The position numbers and the translations under genes were made by a program. Shown piece after piece: positions 54,307 through 64,000 of a stretch of 64,000 bases of DNA. The notes below the pieces were generated by a model. The model ran no database searches. It saw nothing but the letters and a program-made list of their open reading frames with translations, and was not told the DNA's origin. The DNA comes from Minisyncoccota bacterium (GTDB lineage: Bacteria; Patescibacteriota; Minisyncoccia; Phycocordibacterales; JABAAK01): contig OZ244939.1 in assembly GCA_965222235.1 (NCBI GenBank), forward strand, positions 400,107 to 464,106, given 5' to 3'. Position 1 is the first letter of the stretch. Every line of letters starts with the position of its first letter.

Positions 54307-56325
54307 TCAAGTATTTCGGTCCCCATCAGGATTTTCATTGTCAGGTCTTTCATCCCCATCAGGGCGTTCGTTCCCGACCTCCTCACTCTCATTAGGCTGC
54401 CTCGGTTCGTTTTCTTCAGCCCGGTTTCCACGCAGCGCATCAAGTTTTTCTTGGGCCATTCTTCTAACCTCCCGATTGGTCAATTCTGTATTATTGAGAA
54501 TGGTTTCAAGCCGCTCCGCATTGGTGTCAGGGTGGTCAAGAATCTTTCTGATAATTTGGGTATTGGTGCCTTTGAGGAGTGCCTTGAATACATCATCAGG
54601 CATGTTCGTCATGTCGGCGACGGTGAGACGGGCCTGGAGATCTTCCTCCTGGTTTCCGGCATAACGCAGAAGGGTGTCCCGATCATTTTCTTCAAGGGCC
54701 TTTCTGATAACGCGGACCTTTTCATCTTTAGAGAGTTTCGGAGGCTCCTTCCCGGTGGATAGTTTGTTTAATGTGTCAACAGCTGCACCTCGAATTCTTT
54801 GGTTGTTATAAATATCATTACCGGTCTGATTGGTGCGGTTAATAATATTCTGAAGCGTTCCTTCGGAAATGTTGGGATTGTTAATAGCCGCCAAAAGCGT
54901 CTTCTGATCATTATTGCTCTCCGCAATACGGTCGATTTCATTATCAGTGATGTTGGTGTTACTCACCAACGACTGGTGCAGATCCGGGTTGCTGAAAAGC
55001 CTGTTAAACTGCCCCTGGGTAAGTGTGGATCGCTTGGAAACCGCCATCTGCTCTTCAAAAGTGCCGCTGTTAACGGTTCGTGCGGTCTGCCTCTCGTCCG
55101 CGCGCCTTTTCCTGGACTCAGGGGTGCTGAATTCAGCGCGCTTGCCTCTCCAGGCATCTCTCGCCCCGCCTGCGACTCCGACGGCGGTATCCCGCAAGTT
55201 TCGTCCCAACCTGGTTCTCGGCAACCTGCCCGAGAACCTGTCAGTTACAGGTCTGGCGGCGGTGCGAGCCGTGCCGAGAGGGAGCCTTCCGCGGTTGAGA
55301 GTGACGATACGGTCAACGGCCTGTTTCATGTATTTTCCGATCTGGAACTTGCCCACCCTGATGCCCTGCACCATCTGACCGATCTTAAAAATACCCAGAA
55401 CAAGGGCGAAGGTGGCCAGGATGAGCTGGACCAATATCTCCATTCCGTTGGAGCCCATGGATTGGGGTAGATTTTCCGGCTTGGGAATCTGATTCAGCAC
55501 CGCGGAGTATATGGCCATAAGGAAGGCCAGTCCGAACATTAGTACAACAGGATTTATCAGTGTAGTCACTAACTTGTCTTTCCATAAGGAGAAAAGAGCG
55601 TCAATTTTTCCCATAGATCCGCTGATACTCACAAAGAAAGCAAGGACGGCAAGAGGAGAAGTGACAACAAGAATGATGGCGATGATAAATCGCTCAATGA
55701 GAATGATGGAGAGATAAATAAAACCGAGAAACATGAAGAAATAACTAACGGCGAACACGAGACCGTACAGAACATTCCATGTGCTGTCATTACTTACAAA
55801 ACGGGTGCCGTATCCGTCAAACAGTGAGCCGGAAAGCGTTTGTGTGTCCAGTATATTAAAGGCGACCAGGAAGAAGGCGTGCGAGATGTCAAAAAGTGCG
55901 AGCACGAAGAAAGCACTGAAGTTAACAACAACCGCGGCTGCCAGTAGCCCGAAAAGAATTTTTCTTTTGAAAAAGAAATCTCCGAAAATGGTGAGAAAGG
56001 CCGTAACGATAAAGAGAACCACAATGAAAATATTGGCGATATCCCTCATCAGCTGCCACAGCGATTTCAGCTCGCCCGCGACACCGCTACCTTTCCAATA
56101 TGAAGCAAAGTCAAAGATGGTGAATTGGATAACCAGGAAAAACAAACTTTTACCCAGGGAGAACAGCCCGTGGGCAAGGTCCCGGAGCCATCCGATCATG
56201 GTGGTCATCACCGTGCCGACAATCGAAGTTTCTGCCAGCACCTCGGGGGACATTAAAAGGAGCACCGCCGCAAAGAGAAAGAATAAGTTTCGGTGTGAGG
56301 AGATTTTTTTAATCAGTGTTGTCAT
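54307..56325 (-). CDS. Large polytopic membrane protein (VirB6/TrbL-like) with a hydrophilic C-terminal region.
   Basis: At least 8 TM helices, then a charged repeat-like tail (..NPDGDRNT). It lies in a cluster with the VirB4-like ATPase. Confidence 0.45.
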   Translation of the reverse strand: MTTLIKKISSHRNLFFLFAAVLLLMSPEVLAETSIVGTVMTTMIGWLRDLAHGLFSLGKSLFFLVIQFTIFDFASYWKGSGVAGELKSLWQLMRDIANIFIVVLFIVTAFLTIFGDFFFKRKILFGLLAAAVVVNFSAFFVLALFDISHAFFLVAFNILDTQTLSGSLFDGYGTRFVSNDSTWNVLYGLVFAVSYFFMFLGFIYLSIILIERFIIAIILVVTSPLAVLAFFVSISGSMGKIDALFSLWKDKLVTTLINPVVLMFGLAFLMAIYSAVLNQIPKPENLPQSMGSNGMEILVQLILATFALVLGIFKIGQMVQGIRVGKFQIGKYMKQAVDRIVTLNRGRLPLGTARTAARPVTDRFSGRLPRTRLGRNLRDTAVGVAGGARDAWRGKRAEFSTPESRKRRADERQTARTVNSGTFEEQMAVSKRSTLTQGQFNRLFSNPDLHQSLVSNTNITDNEIDRIAESNNDQKTLLAAINNPNISEGTLQNIINRTNQTGNDIYNNQRIRGAAVDTLNKLSTGKEPPKLSKDEKVRVIRKALEENDRDTLLRYAGNQEEDLQARLTVADMTNMPDDVFKALLKGTNTQIIRKILDHPDTNAERLETILNNTELTNREVRRMAQEKLDALRGNRAEENEPRQPNESEEVGNERPDGDERPDNENPDGDRNT

Positions 56326-56342
56326 ATATACATATTAGGATA

Positions 56343-59300
56343 TTACAGCGGGGTTATAAAGGACTCAACGACCTCACGGTACCTCCTCTCCACCTTTTTC
56401 TGGAAAGAATCCCGGTATCGGCGCTCCGCCTCGGTCGCACTGAGCGCTCCCCAGTGTTCCGTTGAACTTTGCGGATCGCCTTCACCGACGAATATTTCAC
56501 CGAACCGGCGGTATTTTTCAGAATCTCTCTGTCGCTGTCCGTAAGAGCTGATGTCGGTGGAGAAACTGGTTAAGAGTGTCTGCGCTGATGCTGTGGGGAG
56601 ACGCACCAATTTTGACTCATGTCCGAAAACATAGAGGGCATATATGATTTTTTCAGGACTCTTCGGCAGGTTGCGGACGCTTGTGTTGACAAAGTTTGTA
56701 AACTCATCAAGCGTACAGTCCATCTCAACATATCTTCCGCTGATGACACCGCCGTCTCCGGAGTGTACCTCAACCGCGCAGGCACCCCTGAGCAGATTAA
56801 TGTGTTCCGATCCGGCGGTGTAAATATGAACGCTTCTATTGCGGAGATTTTCTATCGTAGCATCCCGCACCACCGCCCACTTGGAGACCCCTCTGGCCAG
56901 CCGCGAAGAAAACCGTTCATCCTGAAGTATGGCGTTTCTGTAGTTCTGTTTTGCCACAGATGTGCTGTCCCCGCGATATTCCTCCTCTTCACCGACGAGT
57001 TGTATATACGCCGCCATCGTCGCTTCATAAATTTCCCGCAGTAGTCGTGCAGTCTCGGCAGAGTCGGATTCAAGCGAATTTTTCATTCGGGTTGTCGCCC
57101 CGTTCAGCGCCGCCCGGTCATCCGGATAAATATATGCGGTCACATTCCTTCGCCGTCTGTATCCGCACCCACCAGCGTCATTGTAATAATCACAGAACGT
57201 CAGGGTTCTCGGCCTCTGAATGGCGCGCAGAACGTTGGTAATAGTGTTTCCGTTCGGATATGCCTCAAGAAACGGATAATCCGCTGCCCTGAACCCGCCC
57301 GAGTATGTTTTGTAGTACACCCCATCTTCGCCGGGCTGTCGGTATTCGATCGGAGGCGTGTTCTCGGTATGAAGATTGGTGTTGATATATGACAGGAGTT
57401 TGATACTGTCCCGTATGCGAATTTCAGCGGATAATATATTAATGTATGAACCGGCGGTTGAAGAAGTAAGGAGTGTGTCAACCCACCAGTTACCACCCCG
57501 GGAATATGTGGGAATACCTTCACTGACCCGATGAATCTCAGTTCGTGATGATATCCAACTGCTGCTGAGGCCTTCTTTCAGCACCCTCTTGACAAGACCG
57601 ACCACAGTTGCGTCCACAACGGCCTGGATAATCTCCCCGAGACCGTCCGCATCGTGGACGGATTGAATTTGTAAATCAATAAAACTCTCCTTGCGCCGTG
57701 CTATGGTAGTGGCACCGCTTTTTACACTGACGGGACACACAATTTCCGCGCCGTCGTCATCGTGACACTCTTCAGTGTATGAAGCGATTGCCGTCGGATC
57801 TTCACCACTGCTCAATAGTTCCCGCTGCGACGGCTCTTCGCCGATACTCCTTTCAAGAATTTCCCGCTGCAGTCGGTCTTGCTCGCTCAACTGGGTTAAC
57901 TCATTGCCGTCTTCTACAATTGAACGAATCTCCCGTGTTATCGTATCGGACACGCGGTCTAATTTTTCATTTGCGTCTATTTGTGACACGCCGGCGAGAT
58001 CAAAAGGATTGATGGTGATAGCACCGTTGCCGGGTCTGACACCCCTGCGGCCCCGCAAGGCTGGATCAAGCTGGTTTGATCCTACAAAAGCCTGTTGTTC
58101 AATAACATACGGACCCTTTCTCGCGACAATATGAACACGGGCATTCTTTTTGGTTCTCCCGTGTATTGTTCCTTTTGTGTCCGTGTTGCTCCGAATATTT
58201 ACACGCTTAACCTGAGAAGTCTCAGTGCCGTCGTCAAGTTGCTCTGTTATAGTGACCTCCCACACACCGACAACCGCGTTATTGGTGACGGCATTTCCTC
58301 CCCCACTTCCGCTGGCAAGAGCGAAATCAACTGTTGCCGAATAGAAGGCGGCTTCGGAACCGAGGATAATCGGATCATCTTCTATAAAATCAATAGGATT
58401 ACCCACAAAGTCTACAGGATTGTCTATAAAATCATCAATATTATTTATAAAATCACTCAGTGTACAGCGTGGCGGTTCAAGACCTATCCGACGATACCGT
58501 AACTGTAAGAGACTTGAAATATCAATTTTAATTCCGTCTATATCACACAAAAACCCCAACCCACCACTTTCCAGTGCCCGACCGACCGACCTGTCGGCAA
58601 AGTCTTTCCAGAATTGGGACGGATTGTCAATAAAGTACGGCTGGCCGTGAAAACCGGTCAATGCCCAATCTATATACGAGGAAGCCAAATCAAGAGCGGC
58701 CTGTTTGGCGACTCCATATGCAATAACATCAATCCCACAGTCCTTGAGCGTATCTGAGCCGTCAATGTCATTGACCGCATGGGGAAGGAGTGTGGTCAGG
58801 AGTGTCCCCGCAATACAGGCGGCAGTGTTGCCGACAACGGCAAGCGCCAAACTTTGCAGTATGCTTCCCAAATCAAAATCCTCATCCTCAAATTCCCCTT
58901 CGGGAATGACAACAGTCCCAGGAGGACCTTGCGGTATGAGAGGGGGTGGCGGGTCAGGATCGTTAGGATCCGGCGGGGTAATAGGGCCCGACGGTATAGT
59001 AGGGCCCGGAGGAATATCAATGTTAATGGCGGGCGGTGTTATAAAAGGAGTCGGCCGCACTGTCGGGGGGGTGATGCCGGGAAATGAAGGTCTTCTCGGA
59101 GTGACAAAGGGATTGTTGCCGCTGCCCAGGTACAGGACACTTCCGGGATTTTGCGACACGTCGCCGAACGGGCGTATCACCGTATTATACGCCCCCGTTA
59201 TTCCCCGAAACCTGACCGGATCACTGGCGGGCCCCTGGGGCCCGTATAGGGCGACGAGATCACGGTACGCAGAGTCAATCTCCCCCCGCGTCGCCCCGGG

Positions 59301-59894
59301 ATTGAGCCCTAGTGTGGTGTAGGCATTGTCAATCAATGCGTTATACGCCCCCGTTATTCCCCGGAACCTGACCGGATCACTGGCGGCCCCCTGGGGCCCG
59401 TATAGGGCGACGAGATCACGGTACGCAGAGTCAATCTCCCCCCGCGTCGCCCCGGGATTGAGCCCTAGTGTGGTGTAGGCATTGTCAATCAATGCGTTAT
59501 ACGCCCCCGTTATTCCCCGGAACCTGACCGGATCACTGGCGGCCCCCTGGGGCCCGTATAGGGCGACGAGATCACGGTACGCAGAGTCAATCTCCCCCCG
59601 CGTCGCCCCGGGATTGAGCCCCAGTGTGGTGTAGGCCCGCCGAATCACATCGTCATCCCGAACCACATCGTCGTCTGTGACCGGCAGCTCTCTGAGGATA
59701 AGAGAATCCCTGTCTCTCGCACGAGGATCGTTGGGGTTAATGATTTCGGCAACATCCTTTTTTTCCAGTGTTGCAATATCTTCCTTCTCGCCGTAAAAAA
59801 ATAAAAAGAAAACAATAAGGGCGAGAATGAGAACAACAGAACCGACAATGATGGAAATCAACAAAGCCCGACCCGCATTATGCAAGTTTTTCAT
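56343..59894 (-). CDS. Giant (1183 aa) membrane-anchored surface protein with three tandem 53-aa repeats that resemble a degenerate J-domain.
   Basis: N-terminal TM helix. The repeat AYTTLGLNPGATRGEIDSAYRDLVALYGPQGAASDPVRFRGITGAYNALIDN occurs 3 times. A proline-rich linker follows. Confidence 0.6.
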   Translation of the reverse strand: MKNLHNAGRALLISIIVGSVVLILALIVFFLFFYGEKEDIATLEKKDVAEIINPNDPRARDRDSLILRELPVTDDDVVRDDDVIRRAYTTLGLNPGATRGEIDSAYRDLVALYGPQGAASDPVRFRGITGAYNALIDNAYTTLGLNPGATRGEIDSAYRDLVALYGPQGAASDPVRFRGITGAYNALIDNAYTTLGLNPGATRGEIDSAYRDLVALYGPQGPASDPVRFRGITGAYNTVIRPFGDVSQNPGSVLYLGSGNNPFVTPRRPSFPGITPPTVRPTPFITPPAINIDIPPGPTIPSGPITPPDPNDPDPPPPLIPQGPPGTVVIPEGEFEDEDFDLGSILQSLALAVVGNTAACIAGTLLTTLLPHAVNDIDGSDTLKDCGIDVIAYGVAKQAALDLASSYIDWALTGFHGQPYFIDNPSQFWKDFADRSVGRALESGGLGFLCDIDGIKIDISSLLQLRYRRIGLEPPRCTLSDFINNIDDFIDNPVDFVGNPIDFIEDDPIILGSEAAFYSATVDFALASGSGGGNAVTNNAVVGVWEVTITEQLDDGTETSQVKRVNIRSNTDTKGTIHGRTKKNARVHIVARKGPYVIEQQAFVGSNQLDPALRGRRGVRPGNGAITINPFDLAGVSQIDANEKLDRVSDTITREIRSIVEDGNELTQLSEQDRLQREILERSIGEEPSQRELLSSGEDPTAIASYTEECHDDDGAEIVCPVSVKSGATTIARRKESFIDLQIQSVHDADGLGEIIQAVVDATVVGLVKRVLKEGLSSSWISSRTEIHRVSEGIPTYSRGGNWWVDTLLTSSTAGSYINILSAEIRIRDSIKLLSYINTNLHTENTPPIEYRQPGEDGVYYKTYSGGFRAADYPFLEAYPNGNTITNVLRAIQRPRTLTFCDYYNDAGGCGYRRRRNVTAYIYPDDRAALNGATTRMKNSLESDSAETARLLREIYEATMAAYIQLVGEEEEYRGDSTSVAKQNYRNAILQDERFSSRLARGVSKWAVVRDATIENLRNRSVHIYTAGSEHINLLRGACAVEVHSGDGGVISGRYVEMDCTLDEFTNFVNTSVRNLPKSPEKIIYALYVFGHESKLVRLPTASAQTLLTSFSTDISSYGQRQRDSEKYRRFGEIFVGEGDPQSSTEHWGALSATEAERRYRDSFQKKVERRYREVVESFITPL
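59170..59645. repeat. Three tandem, near-identical 159-bp DNA repeats inside the giant gene.
   Basis: A unit of about 159 bp recurs at about 59175, 59339 and 59498. Confidence 0.8.
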
Positions 59895-59929
59895 ACAGTC
59901 AGTATACCCCGCATTTCAAGGGCAAACGA

Positions 59930-60802
59930 TTATTCCAGAAGTGTAATAACCCGGGAAACATGACTCAAAAACTTGTTCTGTAGCGTTGTTTGGGAAACAT
60001 TCTCCACATTTTCAAACAACCTTCCGGTGCTCAAAAGTTTGAGGGTATAGAAATAATTTTCCGCGCTTGGATCAGATAAGGCGAGAGAAAGTGCTTCACA
60101 TCGGTAGATAAGTGTTTCCAGGACGAGATAGTATGAATCATATACATCTTCCGGGACATCTCGGGGGATGTGGGAAAGCGTATAATCGCATGCAGCCCGC
60201 ATTTTTCTCGCGTCGGGCAGGATGCCGGTGTTTTTTGCGAACACCTCAAGGGTCAGTGTATCAACGGATTTTCGCTCATCGGAGAACCGTTTCAGGGCTC
60301 CCAGGAATCCGTTAAGCACACCCCGCCTGGAAGCGGCGGTATCTATATTCAGGCGCACAGGAGGCAGCCCCCGCTTTTCAATTTGGTTGATGAAGTATTC
60401 CACGGACACGGTGATAAATTGTTCCCGCTCTTCCGGCGTAACGGTAACGGTGCCTTTAGTGTCAAGCAAAAATCGTCTCACAATTTCTTCCGTGAATTCC
60501 CCCGGACCTCCGTACAACAAATCATCAACAGAGATGTTTTTTGCCTGAGCGATATCTTTCTGGTACGGAAAAGAGGATGCATTTAAAATATCGGATCCGA
60601 CGACCTCTTCCTGCCAGTCGGGAACCCCGTCACCGTCGCTGTCAATATCAGATCGATCCGAATAAGACTTCAGGATAAGGACACCTCCCCTGTTCTCCGG
60701 TGCCGCGAACAGTAAAAGAGCGGCGACAACACCCGCAAAGATAAGGAGAAGAATACAAAAAATTTTGTATCGCGCGAAGATTTTTTGTACGTATGACATC
60801 AT
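59930..60802 (-). CDS. Secreted hypothetical protein with an acidic DxDxDG calcium-binding-like motif.
   Basis: N-terminal TM/signal segment, then DIDSDGDGVPDWQEE. 290 aa. Confidence 0.45.
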   Translation of the reverse strand: MMSYVQKIFARYKIFCILLLIFAGVVAALLLFAAPENRGGVLILKSYSDRSDIDSDGDGVPDWQEEVVGSDILNASSFPYQKDIAQAKNISVDDLLYGGPGEFTEEIVRRFLLDTKGTVTVTPEEREQFITVSVEYFINQIEKRGLPPVRLNIDTAASRRGVLNGFLGALKRFSDERKSVDTLTLEVFAKNTGILPDARKMRAACDYTLSHIPRDVPEDVYDSYYLVLETLIYRCEALSLALSDPSAENYFYTLKLLSTGRLFENVENVSQTTLQNKFLSHVSRVITLLE

Positions 60803-60835
60803 ACAATATCAGTCCCATGGTACCATACTAAAAAT

Positions 60836-61225
60836 ATGAACAGTATAAAAAAAAACATACTCACGGCGATTATAATCGTATTCACCGTCGTATGTGTCAT
60901 CATCGCGACTCCGAGTATTCCGGCGTATGGTATTTTCGGCAATGTCGGAGGCGGCGTGATTCCCGCCTGGCCGTTTCCCTGTATCGGTCCGCCGGGACTG
61001 TACACCATTACCAGACTCCCGTTCCCGACCCCGGTTGCATATCCATATCCGGCACCGCCGTTAGTAGTGAAAAGTAAATGGATTCCGCCGACCACGGGCG
61101 TCATAACACTTGCAAAGACGGTGCCCGGAGGATGTGTCTCATACTTCCCCTGCACATTCGGAGTGTGTCCGATTTTTCTTCCGGGACAGATAAGCATACA
61201 GTATGGCACCGCGTTCGGGATATAA
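60836..61225 (+). CDS. Small Pro-rich secreted hypothetical protein. It competes with the antisense ORF 60799-61251.
   Basis: A signal-anchor MNSIKKNILTAIIIVFTVVCVIIA is followed by a Pro/Gly-rich region. Which strand is coding is unclear. Confidence 0.3.
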   Translation: MNSIKKNILTAIIIVFTVVCVIIATPSIPAYGIFGNVGGGVIPAWPFPCIGPPGLYTITRLPFPTPVAYPYPAPPLVVKSKWIPPTTGVITLAKTVPGGCVSYFPCTFGVCPIFLPGQISIQYGTAFGI

Positions 61226-61226
61226 C

Positions 61227-61997
61227 CTATAATTCCGCTGCCGCCAGCCACACAGAAAACGGCACATTCTCGGCCCGTGATGTCGTATCAACACCCTGCG
61301 AAACAAGAAAATCGCGGACACGTGGTCGGGAAGAAAATTTTTTCAGCACGACTTTCCGTTTTTCATGGAAGGCGGTGTGAATGATATCAAAAAACATCTC
61401 CTGAACTGAAGAATCAGGTATCCGTATATCGGTAACGGATATAAGGGCCGAATCAACGGCCGGCACCGGAGTAAATGCCGTACGGGGAATGGTCGTGATA
61501 TAGTGTGGGTGTCCGAACAGCCGAACGGAAAGCGAAAGGAGAGATTCCTTGGAATCGTTCCGTCCGGTGATGCGTTCCGCCACCTCCTTTTGTACCACCA
61601 GTGCCATACCGCTTGGTGGTCGTGTGCGGGTGAGCATATCCCTGATGAGGGTGCCGGTAAGGTAATACGGGATATTGGCGATGACAACATACGGCATGTC
61701 GCCGACAAGTTCAGCCCACTCACAGTCCCGAATATCGCCGTTGTGGAGTATCAGCGTACCGTCGGCAATGTCGCGTGAAAATGTCTCCCGCAGCCTTTCA
61801 AACAGAGCCGCATCTTTTTCTATCCCAATTACCCTTCTCCCTTTCTGCAGAAGATATTCGGTCAGCGCGCCTTTGCCGGGACCGACCTCAACAATAGCAG
61901 TGCCTTCAGGAACCGGCAGCGCGTCAACAACTGTGCGTATGGTCGAACGTGATCGGAGGAAATGTTGTCCGAGAGGTTTTTTCATATATACTGCCAT
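61227..61997 (-). CDS. rsmA: 16S rRNA (adenine1518-N6/adenine1519-N6)-dimethyltransferase.
   Basis: MKKPLGQHFLRS... with the SAM motif VVEVGPGKGALT. 256 aa. Confidence 0.85.
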   Translation of the reverse strand: MAVYMKKPLGQHFLRSRSTIRTVVDALPVPEGTAIVEVGPGKGALTEYLLQKGRRVIGIEKDAALFERLRETFSRDIADGTLILHNGDIRDCEWAELVGDMPYVVIANIPYYLTGTLIRDMLTRTRPPSGMALVVQKEVAERITGRNDSKESLLSLSVRLFGHPHYITTIPRTAFTPVPAVDSALISVTDIRIPDSSVQEMFFDIIHTAFHEKRKVVLKKFSSRPRVRDFLVSQGVDTTSRAENVPFSVWLAAAEL

Positions 61998-62006
61998 TCT
62001 ACTCCT

Positions 62007-63884
62007 TCACCACAGAATATCCCCCCCGTCATTCTTTCCGGCAGATCGAGACTTCTCAAACAGGTGTTCGGGTATATCATTCAGGAAGGACGACGGACGC
62101 ATTGATTTATATGAGCCGAACATGCCGCGTCTTTGCGCAAAGGAAAAATACAGACGATCCTTGGCGCGCGTCATGGCGACGTAGCACAACCGTCGCTCTT
62201 CCTCCCTATCACGCAAAGCATCTTCATCATACAGAAACGGGAACAGTCCTTCTTCCATGCCGGTAATAAAAACATGTGAAAATTCCAGCCCTTTGGCGGC
62301 ATGAACGGTCATCAGTCGTACCCCGTCCTTCTTTTCGGTGCGCAGAGTATCCTGGTCACTACTCAGGGCGACCTCGGTAAGCAGACGGTCTGTGCCGTCA
62401 GTACCGGAGAGATTGGAAAAACGGTCGGCGAATGTGATGAGTTCGTACACCTCAAGCATGCGATCTTCGGGATTGTCATATGACGCAATAAGATAGTCCT
62501 TGTATGAGAGAAGATCAGTCAGTTCGCGCAATACATGGCTGACCGTGTGCTTCGCGGCGCAATGCCGGATTTCCGCTATATCCGAACGCAGCTTTGCAAC
62601 GACCGTCGCGCCGCGTGCCGACAGCATGTGTTCCTCCCCGGAAAAAATTTTATCCAGTGTTCGCGCACCAATGCCCCGCCGCGGTATACCGGCCGCCCGC
62701 CTAAAGGCGTCCTCAGACACCGGATTCTGAACCAGGATGAGATAGGTGAGCAAATCTTTAATCTCAGCGCGGTCAAAGAATCTTACCCCCAGCATGGTAT
62801 ACGGCAGGTGATCCGCTATCATCGCGGTTTCCAGAGCCCGCGACTGAAAGTTGGTCCGGAACAAAACAGCGATGTCGCTGTACGGCACACCGCCCGCCCG
62901 CAGCTGTATAATTTCACGGGCGATGCATGCGGCTTCGTCCTCCTGGTCAACGGCGCGAATACAGGCGATCGGGGGTCCCTCATATCGGGTGCTGATAAGA
63001 TGCTTATCCTGTCGCAGGACATTTTTTTCAATAACGGCATTGGCGGCGGCGAGTATGGTGGCGCTTGACCGGTAGTTCTGCACAAGGAGCACCGTTGCCG
63101 CGGGCGCGTACCGGTCGGCAAAATCAAGCATGTTGTCCACATCCGCGCCGCGCCATGAATAAATGGTCTGGTCCGTGTCGCCGACGGCAACAATGTTGGT
63201 CTGCGGACCCTTCAGAAGAGTGATGAGGCGGTTCTGCACCCCATCGGTATCCTGAAATTCGTCAATGAGAAGGTAGGCATAGCGGGACCGGACCTGATCG
63301 CGCACCCGACCGTCCCGTTCCAACATGGCGACCGCCTTGATGATAAGGTCATCAAAATCAAGGGCTTTTTCCTCTTCCATAGCGGCTGAATACAGCGGCA
63401 GCAGGCGGTCAGCCGCGACTGCTATGTCACTATCCACGGCATCCGTGCGTTCGGTTTTTAACCGACCGACGGCATGCTGCATGACCCGGGGAGTGTAGTC
63501 AGTTATACCCACCTGTTTCATGCACCGTTTAATGATCCGTTTGCAGTCATTTCGGTCGAAGATAATAAAATGTTCGGGAACGCTGCCGGCATCGGAAAAT
63601 GTGCGCAGTAGTGAAACACAGAATGAATGAAAGGTGCCGACAAAGAGGAGGTGTGCCGCGGAACAGTGAGAGTGCACCCGCTCACGCATCTCATCGGCGG
63701 CCTTGTTGGTGAATGTCAGGGCGAGTATGGAGTCGGCACGAACCCCGCTTCCGAGCAGGTGAACGATCTTTTCCACAAGAACATGTGTTTTCCCGGTACC
63801 GGCTCCGGCAACAATGAGCAGTGAAGAATCTTTTGTTTCCACGGCTTTTTTCTGCTCATTGTTTAATACGGGACTCATCGTCAT
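62007..63884 (-). CDS. UvrD/PcrA/Rep-family SF1 DNA helicase.
   Basis: Trimmed to MTMSPVLNNEQKKAV. It has the Walker A AGAGTGKT, motif II DEFQDT, and C-terminal motifs VHAAKGLEF and TRAK. Confidence 0.85.
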   Translation of the reverse strand: MTMSPVLNNEQKKAVETKDSSLLIVAGAGTGKTHVLVEKIVHLLGSGVRADSILALTFTNKAADEMRERVHSHCSAAHLLFVGTFHSFCVSLLRTFSDAGSVPEHFIIFDRNDCKRIIKRCMKQVGITDYTPRVMQHAVGRLKTERTDAVDSDIAVAADRLLPLYSAAMEEEKALDFDDLIIKAVAMLERDGRVRDQVRSRYAYLLIDEFQDTDGVQNRLITLLKGPQTNIVAVGDTDQTIYSWRGADVDNMLDFADRYAPAATVLLVQNYRSSATILAAANAVIEKNVLRQDKHLISTRYEGPPIACIRAVDQEDEAACIAREIIQLRAGGVPYSDIAVLFRTNFQSRALETAMIADHLPYTMLGVRFFDRAEIKDLLTYLILVQNPVSEDAFRRAAGIPRRGIGARTLDKIFSGEEHMLSARGATVVAKLRSDIAEIRHCAAKHTVSHVLRELTDLLSYKDYLIASYDNPEDRMLEVYELITFADRFSNLSGTDGTDRLLTEVALSSDQDTLRTEKKDGVRLMTVHAAKGLEFSHVFITGMEEGLFPFLYDEDALRDREEERRLCYVAMTRAKDRLYFSFAQRRGMFGSYKSMRPSSFLNDIPEHLFEKSRSAGKNDGGDILW

Positions 63885-64000
63885 AGTATATACCAAGCAC
63901 TTCAGCATGTTACTTGACAACAGGCGGGAAAAAAAGGATATAATGCGGAGTATACAACACCATGAAACGCTCTTCAAAAAAAGAGGGTGCCGATGCTATA

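Overview
The window is a bacterial chromosomal segment that includes the replication origin: dnaA-dnaN divergent from rpmH-rnpA-yidC, with candidate DnaA boxes of the TTATACACA variant. Housekeeping genes fill most of the rest. These are a MacB/HlyD-like efflux pair, class Ia RNR nrdB-nrdA, RluA, MscS, a CaCA antiporter, L19, a lytic transglycosylase, MetRS, S20, RuvA/B/C, YebC, PolA, HolA-like, TsaE, a PilB/GspE ATPase, PBP1A, KsgA/RsmA and UvrD. There are seven tRNAs: His-GTG, Val-TAC, Ser-TGA, Glu-CTC, Val-GAC and Lys-TTT, the last fused to the island.

On top of this core the window is heavily rearranged by mobile DNA. Two 100% identical 1148-bp IS30-family copies in direct orientation bracket about 12 kb. 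A roughly 1.36-kb rve-type (IS481-like) IS sits between the rpsT and ruvA starts. A large serine recombinase gene is fused to the 3-prime end of tRNA-Lys and enclosed by perfect 142-bp inverted repeats, with further copies of its 3-prime cassette downstream.

Downstream of tRNA-Lys lies an AT-poor-to-AT-rich switch into an apparent accessory island of about 8 kb. It carries a Dcm C5-methyltransferase interrupted by a -1 frameshift in an A7 tract, a PD-(D/E)xK REase candidate, Vsr, an orphan AAA_21-type ATPase abutting an IS30 copy, a DUF3800 protein, and several families of short repeats.

A second small cassette at 10.8-12.36 kb is flanked by 56-bp inverted repeats. It carries a PD-(D/E)xK HsdR_N-like protein plus a ~185-nt conserved non-coding module that recurs next to the second IS30.

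Next to oriC is a T4SS-like cluster: VirB2-like, VirB3-like, a VirB4 ATPase preceded by an in-frame TAA-separated N-terminal ORF, VirB6-like, and a 1183-aa surface protein with three tandem 159-bp repeats.

All calls rest on reading the six-frame translations and the DNA by eye. No searches were run.
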